From assembly GCA_000708835.1 (NCBI GenBank), contig DF237163.1, positions 74,673 to 138,672 of the forward strand: 64,000 nt of DNA, in the 5' to 3' direction. The notes beneath the pieces were generated by a model, which was not told the origin of the DNA, searched no databases, and worked only from the letters and a program-made list of their open reading frames with translations. How positions within the stretch are numbered: position 1 is the stretch's first letter; every line of letters starts with the position of its first letter. Position numbers and translations under genes: made by a program. Below are positions 61,901-64,000 of this stretch, one piece after another. Source of the stretch: Klebsormidium nitens. Taxonomy: Eukaryota > Plantae > Klebsormidiophyceae.

Positions 61901-64000
61901 GATCCTGAAGCCATACACCGTACCGGAAGCAGCGGAACGTGAGTCGAAGAAATGATTGGGATCTCGCGGAGGCCCCTTGAGTCAATCCCCTAGTGAGCTC
62001 TGCCCTGCCCATCGGGACTCACGAAGTTTTTCATCGTCTCTCAAACCTGATGAGTTTGGCATTATGGTTCACTTGTCGAGAAATTCTGAATGAAGGGCGA
62101 GATAAAAGTTTTGGAATTGCAGAGGATTCGGCCTGCACCTCATGTGTGGTAGAACTGTCGGCGAGCTGCTCAGTACGGCTCAGAATGTTCACCAGAGACT
62201 TTTTAGAAGGAATCTGCTTGCGAACGACGGTTTCTTGTAGCACTCTGCTTCTGATTCGGCGAGAAATCAGACCCTATTTGGAGCCCCTGATTTCGCGCCC
62301 ATGTCTGCACTTTCTCGATTTCAGGAAGAGCGGGATTTTTAGTGCTCTTTAGCTCGCTTAGTGCTTCGTCGATGCACATGCACACAGGAAGAGACCTGAT
62401 AGAAGACTTTCAGGTTCGAACAGACCGATATGAAGATCTACATGGAATAGATGCTCCTTCTGCAGGTACGCACCTTCGTCAACGGTACCCTCTACTCCCT
62501 CCTCTCGCGGCCCGAGATCCGCGCAGCTGCGCGCGAGATGGACCTCCCCGCGCTGCTGCGCGCGGTCGTAAAGGGCGCTGACGCCACGTGTGCGCGCCAG
62601 ATTGGCCACGTGCTGACGCAGATGCACGGGGCCGCGGACGCGGCCGAGACGTCCGATTCGGGCGACAGCTCGGGCGGCGAGGTTTTGGAGCCCGCCAGGG
62701 TGAGGGCTTTTCAGCTTCTAAGTAGAGACAATCCGTCATGTAAAGAATTTCCATACGTTCATTGCTGAAGACATGAGAAACCGTGACTTCAATCATGGCG
62801 ATTTCGCCGTTCTGACCTAAGAATGAAGAGCACGTCAGTCGACTATTTTAGAACCAAAAGAAGAGCGGCCTGAATGGAGCAGAGTTCTCTCGTATTTCAA
62901 TTCATTTCACGGCGGCCGCCTTAACGGCGACCCGTGCATCCAAGCCTCGCACATGTTTTGCTTGCATATTCTAGTTCCTTCAAAGTGCCTGGAAAAACGC
63001 GAAGCATTTCCGTCCCAGCTGCTCAAGTCTCGCCGGCTAATTGCAATGCAACAAAGCATTAAAGCGAAACGAAATACGAAGCGCTTTACCTGCGCCGGAG
63101 TCTTAACACCAATTGTCTTCCCGACAGGTAAACGACCCAAGATCCACCAAATCAGCCTCGGCGCGGCACTCCCCCTCTGTCTCCCGCGTCGAACTCGGCG
63201 GCGAGAGCGGGCGCGGCGCTCAAAGCCAAGAAACTGAGCACCACCTGAAACCCTTGAGCCCCAACGTGAGTTGATTCCGTCAAGCCCGGCCAGCATTCTT
63301 GATTTCCAAACGTGCACAAGCGTAGTTGAGAACACGGTTTCCAAATGTGCACGCGACCGGAGCGTAAAGGGTCACGAACCGGACGAAGTTGTGCTCTTTT
63401 GCATTTCGAACCGAGTCGAACGACTCGGTGGGTGGATGCTGTGGGAAACAAGCGGCAGCGCCTCGTTGCACTTCGTCCTCATTGCGCAAGGGTACAGAAA
63501 ATCGGGGCAGGACTCAGAGGTGCGAAAAACAACATGGTCAAACAACCACGGTTTACAGCGTCTGCCGTAAATCGGTCAAGTGAGAAGGCGGACGGCCGAG
63601 CCGGCCACACTCGAAGCGTGGGCTGCACACTTGACCAGAAGAACTTCTGAGTTGCTGACATCAGTTTGCTTCAATAAAATGGGAGTTCAGAGTCTAAGCG
63701 CCATCATGATTAAGTAAAACCGGTGTCCGTCGGACCGCATGCCACTGTTGGTCATAGATTGCTAGCTCAATGTGCAGGTATGCGGAGCTTCGGAGCGGAA
63801 TGACGCCGCCCTTGCGTCAGGGACCAAAGCTACGGGGGCTTCAGCGAAGGCCTCCGGCGCGACTAACGGACAAGGAGCTCACAGAGAAAGTGTTGAAAAC
63901 TTGCCTGCGCAGCGGGGCGGCAAAAGACGGGGGGACTCCGAGGTGCGCCGAAGCACCGTCACGGAACAAGGAAAGCGGCCGGCAAACGTTCGGGCCTCTG
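55922..64000 (+). CDS. ARMC9: LisH domain/armadillo-repeat protein ARMC9 homolog (ciliary), runs past the window end
   Basis: Exons 55922-56026, 56450-56797, 57266-58321, 58889-59230, 59570-59722, 60114-60304, 60906-61068, 61669-61857, 62466-62699, 63128-63265, 63778->64000. LisH IAEFLAYHGLQTTLK|SFEEE; then YFALPHV..P..HPLF, MDYDKI, ARALNVLASEESGRGYL, ALQKLS, YGLEHALALLMTLSLR..GKRAC and VRTFVNGTLYSLL, which are hallmark ARMC9 blocks. Confidence 0.88.
59003..59089 (+). repeat. 21-bp coding tandem repeat x4 (heptapeptide LDLSDAR) in an ARMC9 exon
   Basis: Units ATGGACCTTTCGGACGCCCGG / TTAAATCTCTCGGACGCCCGG / TTGGATCGTTCGGACGCCCAA / TTGGACCTTTCGGACGCCCGG. Confidence 0.9.

Noticed and set aside
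1-64000. Search for Fanzor/TnpB, transposase, reverse transcriptase or giant-virus hallmark genes
   Set aside because: I saw no RuvC-type, DDE, YxDD or capsid/packaging-ATPase motifs in the ORF track or in the frames I read. Heavily decayed copies cannot be excluded without profile searches.

Overview
This is eukaryotic nuclear DNA, not prokaryotic. It is GC-rich and intron-dense, and the gene set (LHCA5, a GT34 glycosyltransferase, ciliary ARMC9) points to a flagellate-retaining green plant lineage, most likely a streptophyte alga such as Klebsormidium (inference). I assembled eight spliced protein-coding genes by reading frame and splice phase: an FAD-dependent monooxygenase (+, 13390-18783), a PAP2/lipid phosphate phosphatase (-, 28087-~22179), an AAC4-like protein with a possible restriction-endonuclease-like fold (+, 29562-32642), an unknown coiled-coil protein with a 20-nt microexon (-, ~37600-34533), a GT34 glycosyltransferase (+, 38442-41681), a ~1066-aa B-box1/B-box2/coiled-coil/IQ/alpha-beta-hydrolase-like fusion (+, 43473-50340), LHCA5 (-, 54886-51818) and ARMC9 (+, 55922 to beyond the window, with a GC-AG first intron). 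A ninth possible gene starts at 12859 on the minus strand. Most genes sit in head-to-head pairs. Bases 1-12400 hold no intact gene, only decayed coding-like relics and a GGCCGGCC palindrome island. Two MITE-like elements with terminal inverted repeats, several palindromes, tandem repeats and a dense CATGCA cluster are present. I found no supportable tRNA, rRNA or CRISPR array. The best novelty candidates are the TRIM-like pseudo-hydrolase fusion and the AAC4-like protein. Family assignments come from motifs I recognise; no database search was run.
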